A DNA stretch of 60,752 nucleotides from an uncultured Glaciecola sp. (GTDB lineage: Bacteria; Pseudomonadota; Gammaproteobacteria; Enterobacterales; Alteromonadaceae): the NCBI GenBank assembly GCA_964418575.1, contig CAYQMI010000004.1, positions 1-60,752 of the forward strand, written 5' to 3'. Of the stretch, positions 22,474-31,538 are shown piece after piece (the stretch's first letter is position 1; each line of letters opens with the position of its first letter). The translations under genes were made by a program, and so were the position numbers. The notes beneath the pieces are model-generated. The model did not search any database. It saw only the letters and a list, made by a program, of their open reading frames with translations, and was not told the origin of the DNA.

Positions 22474-23085
22474 ATGCACATTCAGAGCAAGTCCAAAGGC
22501 TTTACATTACTTGAACTGATTCTTGTGATTGCAGTGATAGGGCTGATAGTGTCAGTTGTAAGTTTTAATGTGATTGGTCGTGACCCGACTGATGAAGTAG
22601 AGCAAGAGACGCGGCGGCTACAGGTATTAGTAGATATGGCCAGTGACTACGCAGTGTTAAATCAAAAGCAACTGGGCTTACGCATTGACGATGAAGCAAT
22701 GACCTATGAATTTGTTGCTTTAAACAAAGAAGACAAATGGCGTCCAATAGATGCACAGCCAATATTTGCCCTTGCTACCATGCCTGAATTTGTAAGCTTA
22801 GAGCTAAATCTCGAGGACTTGCCTTGGGTATCAGAGGACCGATTGTTTGACACCAGGCTTTTTGATGAGTCTCTAAGTGTAAGCGATGAAGGCGTAGAAA
22901 TTGGCAGTGAAGAAGATATTGAGCCACCGCCACCACAAATACTCTTACTATCGAGCGGTGAAATCACCCCCTTCGAACTACGCATACGCTACGACGAACC
23001 CTTCGGTCAGAACGAGCCCTTCTTTTTCACCTTAGAAGGAGAAGACATCCCTCCTCTCAGGCGTAAAGGACCAGAAAACCGATGA
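22474..23085 (+). CDS. gspH: Minor pseudopilin H
   Basis: G|FTLLE, PQILLLSSGEITPF; operon position. Confidence 0.93.
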   Translation: MHIQSKSKGFTLLELILVIAVIGLIVSVVSFNVIGRDPTDEVEQETRRLQVLVDMASDYAVLNQKQLGLRIDDEAMTYEFVALNKEDKWRPIDAQPIFALATMPEFVSLELNLEDLPWVSEDRLFDTRLFDESLSVSDEGVEIGSEEDIEPPPPQILLLSSGEITPFELRIRYDEPFGQNEPFFFTLEGEDIPPLRRKGPENR

Positions 23086-23537
23086 ACACCCATGACTCGA
23101 GGACACCCAAATATCCATCAAACGCTAGCGCCGTGAAAAAGGCTTCCGCGAGGACACCCAACACTCTCAAGCCAAGTAAAGGCTTCACCCTTTTAGAAGT
23201 GCTGATCGCCGTCGCTATATTCGCATTGGCAGGCGCCGCCGTTGTCAAAGGTGCGTCAGAGCACCTAAATGCCGTCAGCATGCTCAAAAATATGACCTTT
23301 GCTACTTATGTCGCTAACAATAAACTCACCGAAACAAGTATTAGGGCAAGCAACACTTGGCCACCAAAAAATAATTTAAAAGGCCAAACAGAAATGGCTG
23401 AGCGCACCTGGTACTGGGAGCAGACAGTGCTTAAAACTGTTGACGAGGATTTGCTGCAGGTTACCGTAACGGTGTTTGAGAACGAAGACTTAACTGGGTC
23501 CATTACCAGCGTCACTACATTTATGGCGAAGGAATAA
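23082..23537 (+). CDS. gspI: Minor pseudopilin I (34-aa leader)
   Basis: G|FTLLEVLIA, WYW motif; ATGA overlap with gspH. Confidence 0.93.
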   Translation: MNTHDSRTPKYPSNASAVKKASARTPNTLKPSKGFTLLEVLIAVAIFALAGAAVVKGASEHLNAVSMLKNMTFATYVANNKLTETSIRASNTWPPKNNLKGQTEMAERTWYWEQTVLKTVDEDLLQVTVTVFENEDLTGSITSVTTFMAKE

Positions 23538-23543
23538 GTTAAC

Positions 23544-24239
23544 ATGAAGCGCATTCGACTTATTCACAGTTTAGGGCGGTTGGGTGTCCCCAGTGGGAAA
23601 CTTATCCACAGAAGCGGGGCGTTGGGTGTCCCCGTTAGGAGTCGTGGCTTTACTTTAATTGAGTTGATTGTGGCGGTGGCGATTTTTTCTTTTGTTGCTT
23701 TGGCGGCGAACCAGGTATTGAGCAATGTGACCACCAGTAGCGATTACTCGGAGCGTGAACTTACCAGCCTGCAGGATTTGCAGCGGGCAATGTTGGTGAT
23801 TGAGCGAGACTTTCAGCAAATAGCTGACCGCGTACCTCGAGTGCAAAATCAAGAGAACAAGCTTATTTTAGATGGCGGTGAGTTTGAGTTTGAAAGCGAT
23901 GCAGATGGTATTGGCATGGTCAGAAGTGGTTGGCACAATCCTCAGCTTATGCTTCCTCGCAGCTCGCTGCAAAATGTTGTGTATCGCATGCAAGAAAACC
24001 AACTTCAGCGCTTACATACAAACTATGTAGACTCGGTAATAGGTACCGAGCCTAAGATGCGAGTATTATTAAACGATATTGAAGACTTTCGCGTGGAAGT
24101 ACTCCGAGATATCGGGAATGACGATGACTTCGAGTGGTCGGAAACTATTGAAAGCACAGAACTACCCAATGCAATTCAAGTGACGATTGTATCAACACAC
24201 TTTGGCGAAATACGCCGCGTGTTTCAGGTGAGTCTGTGA
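23544..24239 (+). CDS. gspJ: Minor pseudopilin J (35-aa leader)
   Basis: G|FTLIE, IERDFQQI, GWHNP, PRSSLQ; AAGGA RBS before ATG 23544. Confidence 0.93.
   Translation: MKRIRLIHSLGRLGVPSGKLIHRSGALGVPVRSRGFTLIELIVAVAIFSFVALAANQVLSNVTTSSDYSERELTSLQDLQRAMLVIERDFQQIADRVPRVQNQENKLILDGGEFEFESDADGIGMVRSGWHNPQLMLPRSSLQNVVYRMQENQLQRLHTNYVDSVIGTEPKMRVLLNDIEDFRVEVLRDIGNDDDFEWSETIESTELPNAIQVTIVSTHFGEIRRVFQVSL
23559..23633 (+). repeat. 42-bp-period tandem duplication in the gspJ leader (DnaA-type box plus TTGGGTGTCCCC, twice)
   Basis: cTTATTCACAgtttagggcggTTGGGTGTCCCC versus cTTATCCACAgaagcggggcgTTGGGTGTCCCC. Confidence 0.85.
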
Positions 24240-25315
24240 TGTATGTAAAGCCCTCTAAGCAGCGCGGAGTGGCGCTAGTAGTTGTTCTATTAATTGTTGC
24301 TCTGGTTAGTATCCTAGCCACACAAATGGTCAGTCGCCTGCAGCTTAATATTATTCGCGCACAGAATATCAAAGATAACAATCAAGCCTATTGGTATGCC
24401 CTAGGAGCAGAGGAGTTTGCACGCAAATCATTGGCGACTTTAGTCAGTTTAAGCCCTAATAATATGAACCTGAGTCAGCCGTGGGCGCAAACATTTAAGT
24501 ATCCTGTTGATGGCGGCACCATTGAGGCTGAGCTCTTTGATATGCAGTCATGCTTTAACTTAAATGCCATTAATTCAGTATTTACGCCCAACGAAAATGG
24601 TGAAGACGATGCCGATACTGATGAAAGCGAAGGCGAAGGCGAGCCTCAGCCGCCATCAGAACCCGTTGCACGCGAAACAAACCGCGCAAACAACGGCCGA
24701 ATCCCCAGCCAACAAGCTTTTCATAAGCTGCTAGATACGGTCATTGAAGACTCGTTTGTTGTCGACACCGTGACCGATTCACTCATAGACTGGATTGATG
24801 AAGACGACAACCCTTCAAACTATGGCGCAGAAGATATTGACTATGAATCCCTGAGTATTCCTTATTTAGCTGCAAACAGCACAATGTCGAGCAAAACTGA
24901 ATTAAGGCTCATCAATGGTGTTGCCGACGGCTTGGAGAATCAGTGGCTAAATAAGTTATTGCCATTGGTTTGCGTATTGCCAGAAACGCTTATCAAGCTT
25001 AATGTTAACACCGTGACCGAAAAGCAAGCCGCCGTGCTTGCCGCCCTACTAGGCGACGATGTCGACAATGCACAAACTATTATTTCAAATCGCCCGCCCG
25101 AGGGTTTTGCTGATATTAATGATTTTAGAAGCTTACCAGCGGTAACGCGCTTAGGATTGCCACCGGATCAACTAGAGTGGTTTGCTATAGAAACAAAATA
25201 CTTTAAGCTTAGTACAACAACAACGTACAATGACGCTCAGTTTAGATTAAGCACGCTATTTGCAATCGACGGCGGTGCAGTGAAGGTGGTTCGGCGTGAA
25301 TTTGGAGGTTTTTAG
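24236..25315 (+). CDS. gspK: Minor pseudopilin K
   Basis: QRG|VAL, CFNLN, DWIDED, LNVNT. Confidence 0.94.
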   Translation: MMYVKPSKQRGVALVVVLLIVALVSILATQMVSRLQLNIIRAQNIKDNNQAYWYALGAEEFARKSLATLVSLSPNNMNLSQPWAQTFKYPVDGGTIEAELFDMQSCFNLNAINSVFTPNENGEDDADTDESEGEGEPQPPSEPVARETNRANNGRIPSQQAFHKLLDTVIEDSFVVDTVTDSLIDWIDEDDNPSNYGAEDIDYESLSIPYLAANSTMSSKTELRLINGVADGLENQWLNKLLPLVCVLPETLIKLNVNTVTEKQAAVLAALLGDDVDNAQTIISNRPPEGFADINDFRSLPAVTRLGLPPDQLEWFAIETKYFKLSTTTTYNDAQFRLSTLFAIDGGAVKVVRREFGGF

Positions 25316-25318
25316 TTA

Positions 25319-26509
25319 GTGCAACGTTTAATTCTGAGGTTTGGTGGTGATTTAGAAGCGCCAGTGCAATGGCTGGTCTTCAGTGAGCCTGAACAAGAAA
25401 TTATTGCCTCAGGTGAGTTGTCTGACGCAATGGATTTAGCCGCACTTAAAGCGCGCGCAGACAGCGCTGAAGTGATTGCCCTAGCCCCTTGCTCAGAAGT
25501 GTTGCTAACGTCAGTCACGCTCCCACCTAACGCAAACCGTAAAGTTATGAACGCCATTCCTTATATGCTTGAGGAAGATGTTTGCGGCGACATTAATCAG
25601 CATTTTGTTGCCATTGGCGAGCGCACCGGCGAGCAACAATCCGTTGCAGTGATTGCCAAAGAAAAAATCGTCATGTGGCAGCATGCGCTTAAAGATGCCA
25701 ATATCTTTTGCCAAAAATTTATACCCGATGTATTAGCATTACCCTCCCAAGAAAACACCATTAGTATTGTTCAGCTCGGCAGTGATTTAGTGGCCAGATT
25801 TGGTAATAATCAAGGCCTTCAGGGTGAAAGCGAGTGGTTATTGCCCTTGTTGCTCGAAAAGGCAAAGCACGAGAAGCTTTCCGTAGTCTGCTACAGCGAA
25901 ATTGAAGGCTTAGAACAATACGACGATATTGAAATCAGTTTTGATTATAAAGATTTACCGCTCTTACTGATGCTTAAGAATATCGATGCAAACAGCCTCA
26001 ATTTTTGCCAAGGACCTTATGTAGTTAAGCATGCTGGCAATGCTCACTGGCAGAAATGGAAGCTTGCAGCAGCACTGGCAGCTATTGCACTCACAGTTAA
26101 CTTAGTCTCTAAGACCATTGAGCTTAATCAGATCAAAAGCCAACGCGCTGAGATTAACCAGCAAATCAGCGCATCTATCGCACAAGGCTTTCCAAACATT
26201 GGCCAATATCGCCAGGCTCGCTTAGCAGTTCAAAACGAAATGAAACGTTTGGAACAAGGCGGCGGTGGTTTGAGCATGCTGGCAATTTTATCGCAGCTTA
26301 GCGATGCCTTTGCAAGCACTGGCGTAACGCCTCAAACACTGCGTTTTGATGCCAGTCGAACAGAATTAAGAATGCAGTCTGTAGCCAATAACTTTGAGTC
26401 TCTAGAGCGTTTTCGCAGGGACATCCAAAGCTTAGGCTTTGAAGTAGACCAAGGCGCAATTAATAATCAAGGCGATAAAGTAGTTGGCGTAGTCATCGTC
26501 AGAGGCTAG
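25319..26509 (+). CDS. gspL: Type II secretion protein L
   Basis: IASGEL, IPYMLEED, PDVLALP, single TM. Confidence 0.93.
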   Translation: MQRLILRFGGDLEAPVQWLVFSEPEQEIIASGELSDAMDLAALKARADSAEVIALAPCSEVLLTSVTLPPNANRKVMNAIPYMLEEDVCGDINQHFVAIGERTGEQQSVAVIAKEKIVMWQHALKDANIFCQKFIPDVLALPSQENTISIVQLGSDLVARFGNNQGLQGESEWLLPLLLEKAKHEKLSVVCYSEIEGLEQYDDIEISFDYKDLPLLLMLKNIDANSLNFCQGPYVVKHAGNAHWQKWKLAAALAAIALTVNLVSKTIELNQIKSQRAEINQQISASIAQGFPNIGQYRQARLAVQNEMKRLEQGGGGLSMLAILSQLSDAFASTGVTPQTLRFDASRTELRMQSVANNFESLERFRRDIQSLGFEVDQGAINNQGDKVVGVVIVRG

Positions 26510-26534
26510 CAAAACAAAAATAACGAGAGAGTAC

Positions 26535-27011
26535 ATGCAAGGAATTAGACAATGGTATTTACAGCTTTCTGAGCGCGAGCGAATCTTAGTGCTTAGCGCT
26601 GGCGCGGTAAGTGTTGTGGTGCTGTTTTATTATCTCATATGGGCGCCGCTAAACAATTCGCTTAATACGCAAAGCGCAGCCCTCGATAGTGACCAAAAGC
26701 TACTCGTGTGGGTGCAAGAACAATCAAACCGTGCACAGTTACTTAAAAGCACCGGCCAGGTCGCTAGCTTCAATGGTTCGTTAACCCAATTAGTTAACCA
26801 GACCACTCGCGCTGCCAATATTTCCGTGTCACGCTTGCAGCCTCAAGATGATGAGTTGCAGGTGTGGATAGACGAAGTATCGTTTAATGCCTTAATGCGA
26901 TGGTTACAAGATCTGGAGCAGCGAGGCGTGATTATTTTGCAATCTGACTTTAGCGAAACTAACGAAGCAGGTATTGTCCAAGTTAGACGCCTACAGTTAG
27001 GTAAAGGGTAA
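26535..27011 (+). CDS. gspM: Type II secretion protein M
   Basis: W..LSERER + TM, V.FNALMRWL. Confidence 0.92.
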   Translation: MQGIRQWYLQLSERERILVLSAGAVSVVVLFYYLIWAPLNNSLNTQSAALDSDQKLLVWVQEQSNRAQLLKSTGQVASFNGSLTQLVNQTTRAANISVSRLQPQDDELQVWIDEVSFNALMRWLQDLEQRGVIILQSDFSETNEAGIVQVRRLQLGKG

Positions 27012-27012
27012 A

Positions 27013-27780
27013 ATGAGTATACGAATCAAAAAGTGGCAGTGGATAGTGCTTGGCATTATAGCGTATTTAGGGTTTGTAATTGCTTACTTACCCGCAGTGC
27101 ATATTGCAAGCATAGTGTCAGAGCAAAGCAAACAACAAGTTCGCTTAAGCTCGGTTTCAGGCACCTTATTTAACGGTAAGGCAATGAGCCTAGAAGCAGC
27201 TGGCTTTCAAATCAACAACGTGGAATGGTCACTCAATCCGTGGGCGCTAATTGCTTTGCGCGCCAATATAGATGTGAAAGGCGGCGCGATACGCAATTCC
27301 GAACAAATATACGTTAACAGCAGTGCCTCAGTGAGCTTACTTTCGCCTGAGAACTTTTCACTCAAGGACACCCAACTCTTTGTGCCGGCAAAGTCAGTCT
27401 TATCTCAATTCAGACTGCCCGTAGCAGTTACCGCTAACGGTCGCTTTAGAGTCGACATCGAATCATTGACAATGGACCCCACCTGCACTGAATTAAGTGG
27501 TAAAGGTGCATGGTTAAATGCGCAAGTAGACACGCCCCAAGCTCCGGTTAATCTCGGCAGTTTCGAAGCTGACATGAGTTGCGATGCAGGCAATTTGAGC
27601 GTGAATATTTTGCCCGAGAATACTCTGCAATTAAGCGCAAACGTTTTAGTGGGCGCAGATGGCAAATATGAAGCAAATGGACAGTTTAAACCTGAAGACG
27701 ATTTACCCGATGTGATTCAGCAAGCAGCGGATAGCTTTTTCCCAAAAAATTCGCAGGGCTTTTATCAAGTTAAGCTTTAA
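27013..27780 (+). CDS. gspN: Type II secretion protein N
   Basis: N-terminal TM, LPA, VSGTLFNG; last gene of the operon. Confidence 0.9.
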   Translation: MSIRIKKWQWIVLGIIAYLGFVIAYLPAVHIASIVSEQSKQQVRLSSVSGTLFNGKAMSLEAAGFQINNVEWSLNPWALIALRANIDVKGGAIRNSEQIYVNSSASVSLLSPENFSLKDTQLFVPAKSVLSQFRLPVAVTANGRFRVDIESLTMDPTCTELSGKGAWLNAQVDTPQAPVNLGSFEADMSCDAGNLSVNILPENTLQLSANVLVGADGKYEANGQFKPEDDLPDVIQQAADSFFPKNSQGFYQVKL

Positions 27781-27832
27781 TTACATAGCGTTCAATCAAG
27801 TAATCAAGGCGCTTGGCTAAGAATCAAACACC

Positions 27833-28384
27833 TTAAGAGTCAAACAAGTCAGGATGTGCAAAATAACTCAAGGCCAAAATCGTCGCACTTTCATAAATTG
27901 ATAGCCGCGTTTGCAGCCCTGAGGTAAGTTGTCCAATCGCTCCGCCTTTTTGCTTGATGTTATGCGTATTAAATAGCGTATCCATGGCATCCCCAAGCTC
28001 TTTGCCATTTAGCAAATCTTGATAGATTGACATGGGCAGCGGCAGCGTCGCAGTTTGTCCATAAATCATGTCTTCGCCTTTACCAATGCAAAGCACGGCA
28101 AAGGTTTTAGGGCCATCTTCAAATACATCCACGCCACCTTCATAAGCAATGATGTAGTCAAACTCATCTTCAAGCGCGAGTGCGTTTTGCACACGATTGT
28201 GCGCCCCTTCTCTAGTTTGCTCGTACGACATCGGCTGGTCGGGCACGCCTGACTCAAGCTCTAGAGCAACTATCTCAATGTTTGTATCGGCAAACACGCT
28301 GCTAAAGGCTGCTCTAGCAGCATTTATCTTCACAGGATTTTTAGAAACAACAGCCACTTTCACAATACTCTCCTTGAGGCTCAA
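27833..28384 (-). CDS. yjjX: Inosine/xanthosine triphosphatase
   Basis: SKNPVKINA, SGVPDQPM, EGG, KQKGGAIG; true start may be a few codons downstream. Confidence 0.92.
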   Translation of the reverse strand: MSLKESIVKVAVVSKNPVKINAARAAFSSVFADTNIEIVALELESGVPDQPMSYEQTREGAHNRVQNALALEDEFDYIIAYEGGVDVFEDGPKTFAVLCIGKGEDMIYGQTATLPLPMSIYQDLLNGKELGDAMDTLFNTHNIKQKGGAIGQLTSGLQTRLSIYESATILALSYFAHPDLFDS

Positions 28385-29088
28385 TCTGTATGTGCCTGAA
28401 AATTATCGGCAATAATCGACGCAATAATATTGTGATAATTATTGGTCGCTGGGTGACCGACGATTTTATTCTCCGGCGCTTGGCTGTCTGGATTACTTAT
28501 TCCTAAGGTGTAGGCAATACCAAAGGTTTTTGCGGCATCCAAAATTCGCTGGCTATCATCAACAAACAAGGTCGTAGCGGGGTCAAAATCAAGGTGGGCC
28601 TGCAATTTTTGCCATAAAACCTGCGACTCTTTTGTGACGCCAAACTGATGCGTGGATATCAAGGTATCGATGTGACTTGCTAGCTCGGTACGCTCGAGTT
28701 TTAGCGAGAGACTGTTTGGATGGGCATTAGTGACTAGCACCACTTCTCTTTGGCTGTGCTTAAGGGCATCTAAAAAAGGAATGGCATCGTCTCGCATTCG
28801 AATAAGATGCACGAGCTCTCGTTTGGCTGCCATGATGTCCAAATCGAGTTTATCTGCCCAGTAATCTAGGCAATACCATTGCAATTCACCGTAAACCTCA
28901 GCGTAGGCCTCTTTCATGTGAGCGTGGCACTCCTCTAATGTTCTACCGCTGTGCTCGGCGAGTTTTTTCGGAATGTGCTCAACCCAAAACTGCGTATCAA
29001 AGTGCAAATCCAGTAGCGTTCCGTCCATATCCAGTAAAACGGTTTTGATCTTGTGCCAAGGTAAGCTGTGACTCGGTAAATGTGTCAA
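28381..29088 (-). CDS. yrfG: GMP/IMP nucleotidase (HAD family)
   Basis: LLDMDGTLLDLHFD, WYCLDYW, TNAH, FVDD. Confidence 0.93.
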   Translation of the reverse strand: MTHLPSHSLPWHKIKTVLLDMDGTLLDLHFDTQFWVEHIPKKLAEHSGRTLEECHAHMKEAYAEVYGELQWYCLDYWADKLDLDIMAAKRELVHLIRMRDDAIPFLDALKHSQREVVLVTNAHPNSLSLKLERTELASHIDTLISTHQFGVTKESQVLWQKLQAHLDFDPATTLFVDDSQRILDAAKTFGIAYTLGISNPDSQAPENKIVGHPATNNYHNIIASIIADNFQAHTD

Positions 29089-29149
29089 TTTATCTTCCTT
29101 ATGCTAATGTAACGACAGTCGAAGTCTAAGTGTATCTTGTGTTGCTTAA

Positions 29150-29713
29150 GTGAGTAAAATGAAACCGGATAAAACATTGCCCACCATCCATAAAACGCAA
29201 ACCGTCGCGAAAAGTCGTTTTTTTAGAATTGAACAGGTCGACCTTGAATTTAGTAACGGCGCCACCCGTGAATTCGAGCGCATGGCCGGAGGTGGTCGCG
29301 GTGCGGTAATGATTGTACCGCTAAAAGACAAAGACACCATGTTGCTTATCAAAGAATACTCCGCGGGCACGCACTCATATCAAATAGGTTTTCCTAAAGG
29401 CCTGATAGATCCGGGTGAGACTCATGAGCAGGCAGCGAATCGCGAGCTGCAAGAAGAAGTCGGATACAAAGCCGAGCACTTTGATGCCCTGCAAACGGTA
29501 ATGATGGCACCCACATTTTTTGATGCCTCGATGCATATATTAGTTGCTCAAGGCTTAAGTCCGTCAGTTCTTGAGGGCGATGAGCCTGAACCTCTAGAGG
29601 TCATTGAGTGGCCTGTTTCTGCGGTAGATGAGCTGCTAGCAAGAGAAGATTTTAAGGAAGCGAGAAGCGTTGCAGCTTTGCTATTGCTGCAGCGTTGGAG
29701 AGATAAGTTATGA
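29150..29713 (+). CDS. nudE: ADP-compounds hydrolase (Nudix)
   Basis: FPKGLIDPGE...AANRELQEEVG, LEGDEPEPL. Confidence 0.94.
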   Translation: MSKMKPDKTLPTIHKTQTVAKSRFFRIEQVDLEFSNGATREFERMAGGGRGAVMIVPLKDKDTMLLIKEYSAGTHSYQIGFPKGLIDPGETHEQAANRELQEEVGYKAEHFDALQTVMMAPTFFDASMHILVAQGLSPSVLEGDEPEPLEVIEWPVSAVDELLAREDFKEARSVAALLLLQRWRDKL

Positions 29714-30531
29714 TGTCAAAATCGATAGACGAACTCTTAGAGATTGCCAAAGATATCGCGGTAAAAGCGGGTATTGAAGTGCTCGACATTTACGACAAAG
29801 GCACGTTCGAAACCTACGAGAAAGAGGACGAATCCCCAGTAACCAGTGCCGACTACCGCGCGAATGAAATCATTTGTGAAGCCCTTGCTAGACTCACGCC
29901 AAATATCCCCATAATGTCTGAAGAAACCGAAATACCGGCTTTGGAAGAGCGCCAAGCTTGGACCCGCTATTGGCTGATAGACCCTATCGACGGCACCCAA
30001 GAATTTGTTGCCCGAAGCGGCGATTTTACTATCAATATTGCCCTGATTGAGCGTCATCAGCCAGTCATTGGCGTTATTTATTGGCCCTGCGGCGAATCTT
30101 TGTATTTTGCCAGTGAAGGGAATGGGGCGTATAAGCGATGCCCAGTTGAAACAAAACCTATATCGGTGCGTAAATTTAGCGTGCCAAGTGAAGATGTAAT
30201 CATGATTGCCATTTCTCGGCGTCAGTCGCGTGAAAGAGTGATCGAACGCTTATCGAGTAGTCGCAAGTATCAAACCCTGCCAACTGGAAGCTGTTCGTTA
30301 AAAGCCTGCTTTATCGCCGAAGGCAAAGCCGATGTATTCATGCGCCTCGGGGTAACCGGTGAATGGGATACGGGCGCGTCTGAATGCATCATCAATGAGG
30401 CGGGCGGGCAAATAAAGGCCGCGACCTTTGATATGATCACTTATAACAAGCGTAAAGAGGTTACTAATCCAGATTTTGTTGTTTTGGGTGATCAACGAGT
30501 TGATTGGCGCAGTGTCATCCAATACAAGTAA
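29710..30531 (+). CDS. cysQ: 3'(2'),5'-bisphosphate nucleotidase
   Basis: SPVTSAD, SEE, WLIDPIDGTQEF, WDTGA. Confidence 0.94.
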   Translation: MMSKSIDELLEIAKDIAVKAGIEVLDIYDKGTFETYEKEDESPVTSADYRANEIICEALARLTPNIPIMSEETEIPALEERQAWTRYWLIDPIDGTQEFVARSGDFTINIALIERHQPVIGVIYWPCGESLYFASEGNGAYKRCPVETKPISVRKFSVPSEDVIMIAISRRQSRERVIERLSSSRKYQTLPTGSCSLKACFIAEGKADVFMRLGVTGEWDTGASECIINEAGGQIKAATFDMITYNKRKEVTNPDFVVLGDQRVDWRSVIQYK

Positions 30532-30636
30532 AATTTAGTATAAATATTTTTAAATATTGTTAAGCGCAAATAAATGGCAGATGCATCTTATGAGAATGAG
30601 GGCGCTGCGTTTGATGCCTAGATAAAATGGATAACG

Positions 30637-31230
30637 ATGACTATGCATAAGTTAAAAGCTTTAAAAAGCTCGCTATTACTAGCCGGTTTGCTTACCGCGA
30701 GCACCGCCATGGCAGATTTCACTCTCGACACTTCCAGCAGCTCGGTAAATTTTTTGTCGACCAAAAATGTGAACGTTACTGAAAGCCATACCTTCGATAG
30801 GTTTTCAGGCAGCATCAGCGACGATGGCGCTTTGTTGTTAGAGGTAGATTTAACTTCCGTAAATACCCTTATCCCTATTCGCAATGAGCGTATGCAAAGC
30901 ATGCTGTTTCAGGTCAGCGACTTTGCAACCGCGACTTTCGAAGCGGGAGTCGACGAGTCGCTGCTAGCACTGGCTCCGGGCGAAAGTATAGAAACAAGTG
31001 TACAAGGTAATTTAAGCATCAGCGGCACAAGCAAGCCTGTTACTTTTGATGTACGCATAACGGGTTTGCAAGACGGCCGTTTATCAGCGACTACCGTTAA
31101 GCCGACCGTGCTGAGTGCATCAGAATTTGGCCTGGAAGGCGGAATTGAGGCGCTGCGAGAAGTGGCTATGCTGCAGAATATCTCCAACACCGTGCCGTTC
31201 TCGTTCAGTGTGGTTTTCAACAAAGAGTAG
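30637..31230 (+). CDS. YceI-family periplasmic lipid-binding protein
   Basis: Signal peptide, SV.T.IPIRNERM motif, beta-barrel pattern. Confidence 0.85.
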   Translation: MTMHKLKALKSSLLLAGLLTASTAMADFTLDTSSSSVNFLSTKNVNVTESHTFDRFSGSISDDGALLLEVDLTSVNTLIPIRNERMQSMLFQVSDFATATFEAGVDESLLALAPGESIETSVQGNLSISGTSKPVTFDVRITGLQDGRLSATTVKPTVLSASEFGLEGGIEALREVAMLQNISNTVPFSFSVVFNKE

Positions 31231-31272
31231 CGAGACGCCTACTCATCTAAGTCGTTATCTTAATAAATAACT

Positions 31273-31298
31273 AGGCGCCGTATATCGGCGTCTTTTTT
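31273..31298 (+). terminator. Intrinsic terminator
   Basis: AGGCGCCG-tatat-CGGCGTCT followed by a T run. Confidence 0.75.
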
Positions 31299-31328
31299 GT
31301 TGTTTTGCGCTTTGGAGCTACCTGATAT

Positions 31329-31538
31329 TTATCTCTTCAACGAAATAATCGTGACGTTTTCATTTTCTTCGGAGTACTCAATGGCCACCTCTTTATTCGC
31401 AAGCTGCGCCTTAACATGTTCCACTTTTTCTTCAAGCGTATACTCCACTTCACCGTAGTCAGTGCCCTCACGCAGTACAAATGATTCAATCAAGGCATCG
31501 AGGGTATCAGGTGCAAGTTTGGTGTAATCAATAATCAT
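31329..31538 (-). CDS. yheU: YheU family protein
   Basis: LIESFVLREGTDYGE; ATG 31538 overlaps the yheT stop. Confidence 0.92.
   Translation of the reverse strand: MIIDYTKLAPDTLDALIESFVLREGTDYGEVEYTLEEKVEHVKAQLANKEVAIEYSEENENVTIISLKR

Noticed and set aside
16110-27780. T2SS operon lacking gspO and gspAB as a novelty
   Set aside because: This is common in marine gammaproteobacteria, where the prepilin peptidase is encoded elsewhere (pilD).
29992-30000. GGCACCCAA in cysQ as a motif copy
   Set aside because: Not an exact match, and it lies in the conserved DGT.EF catalytic motif.
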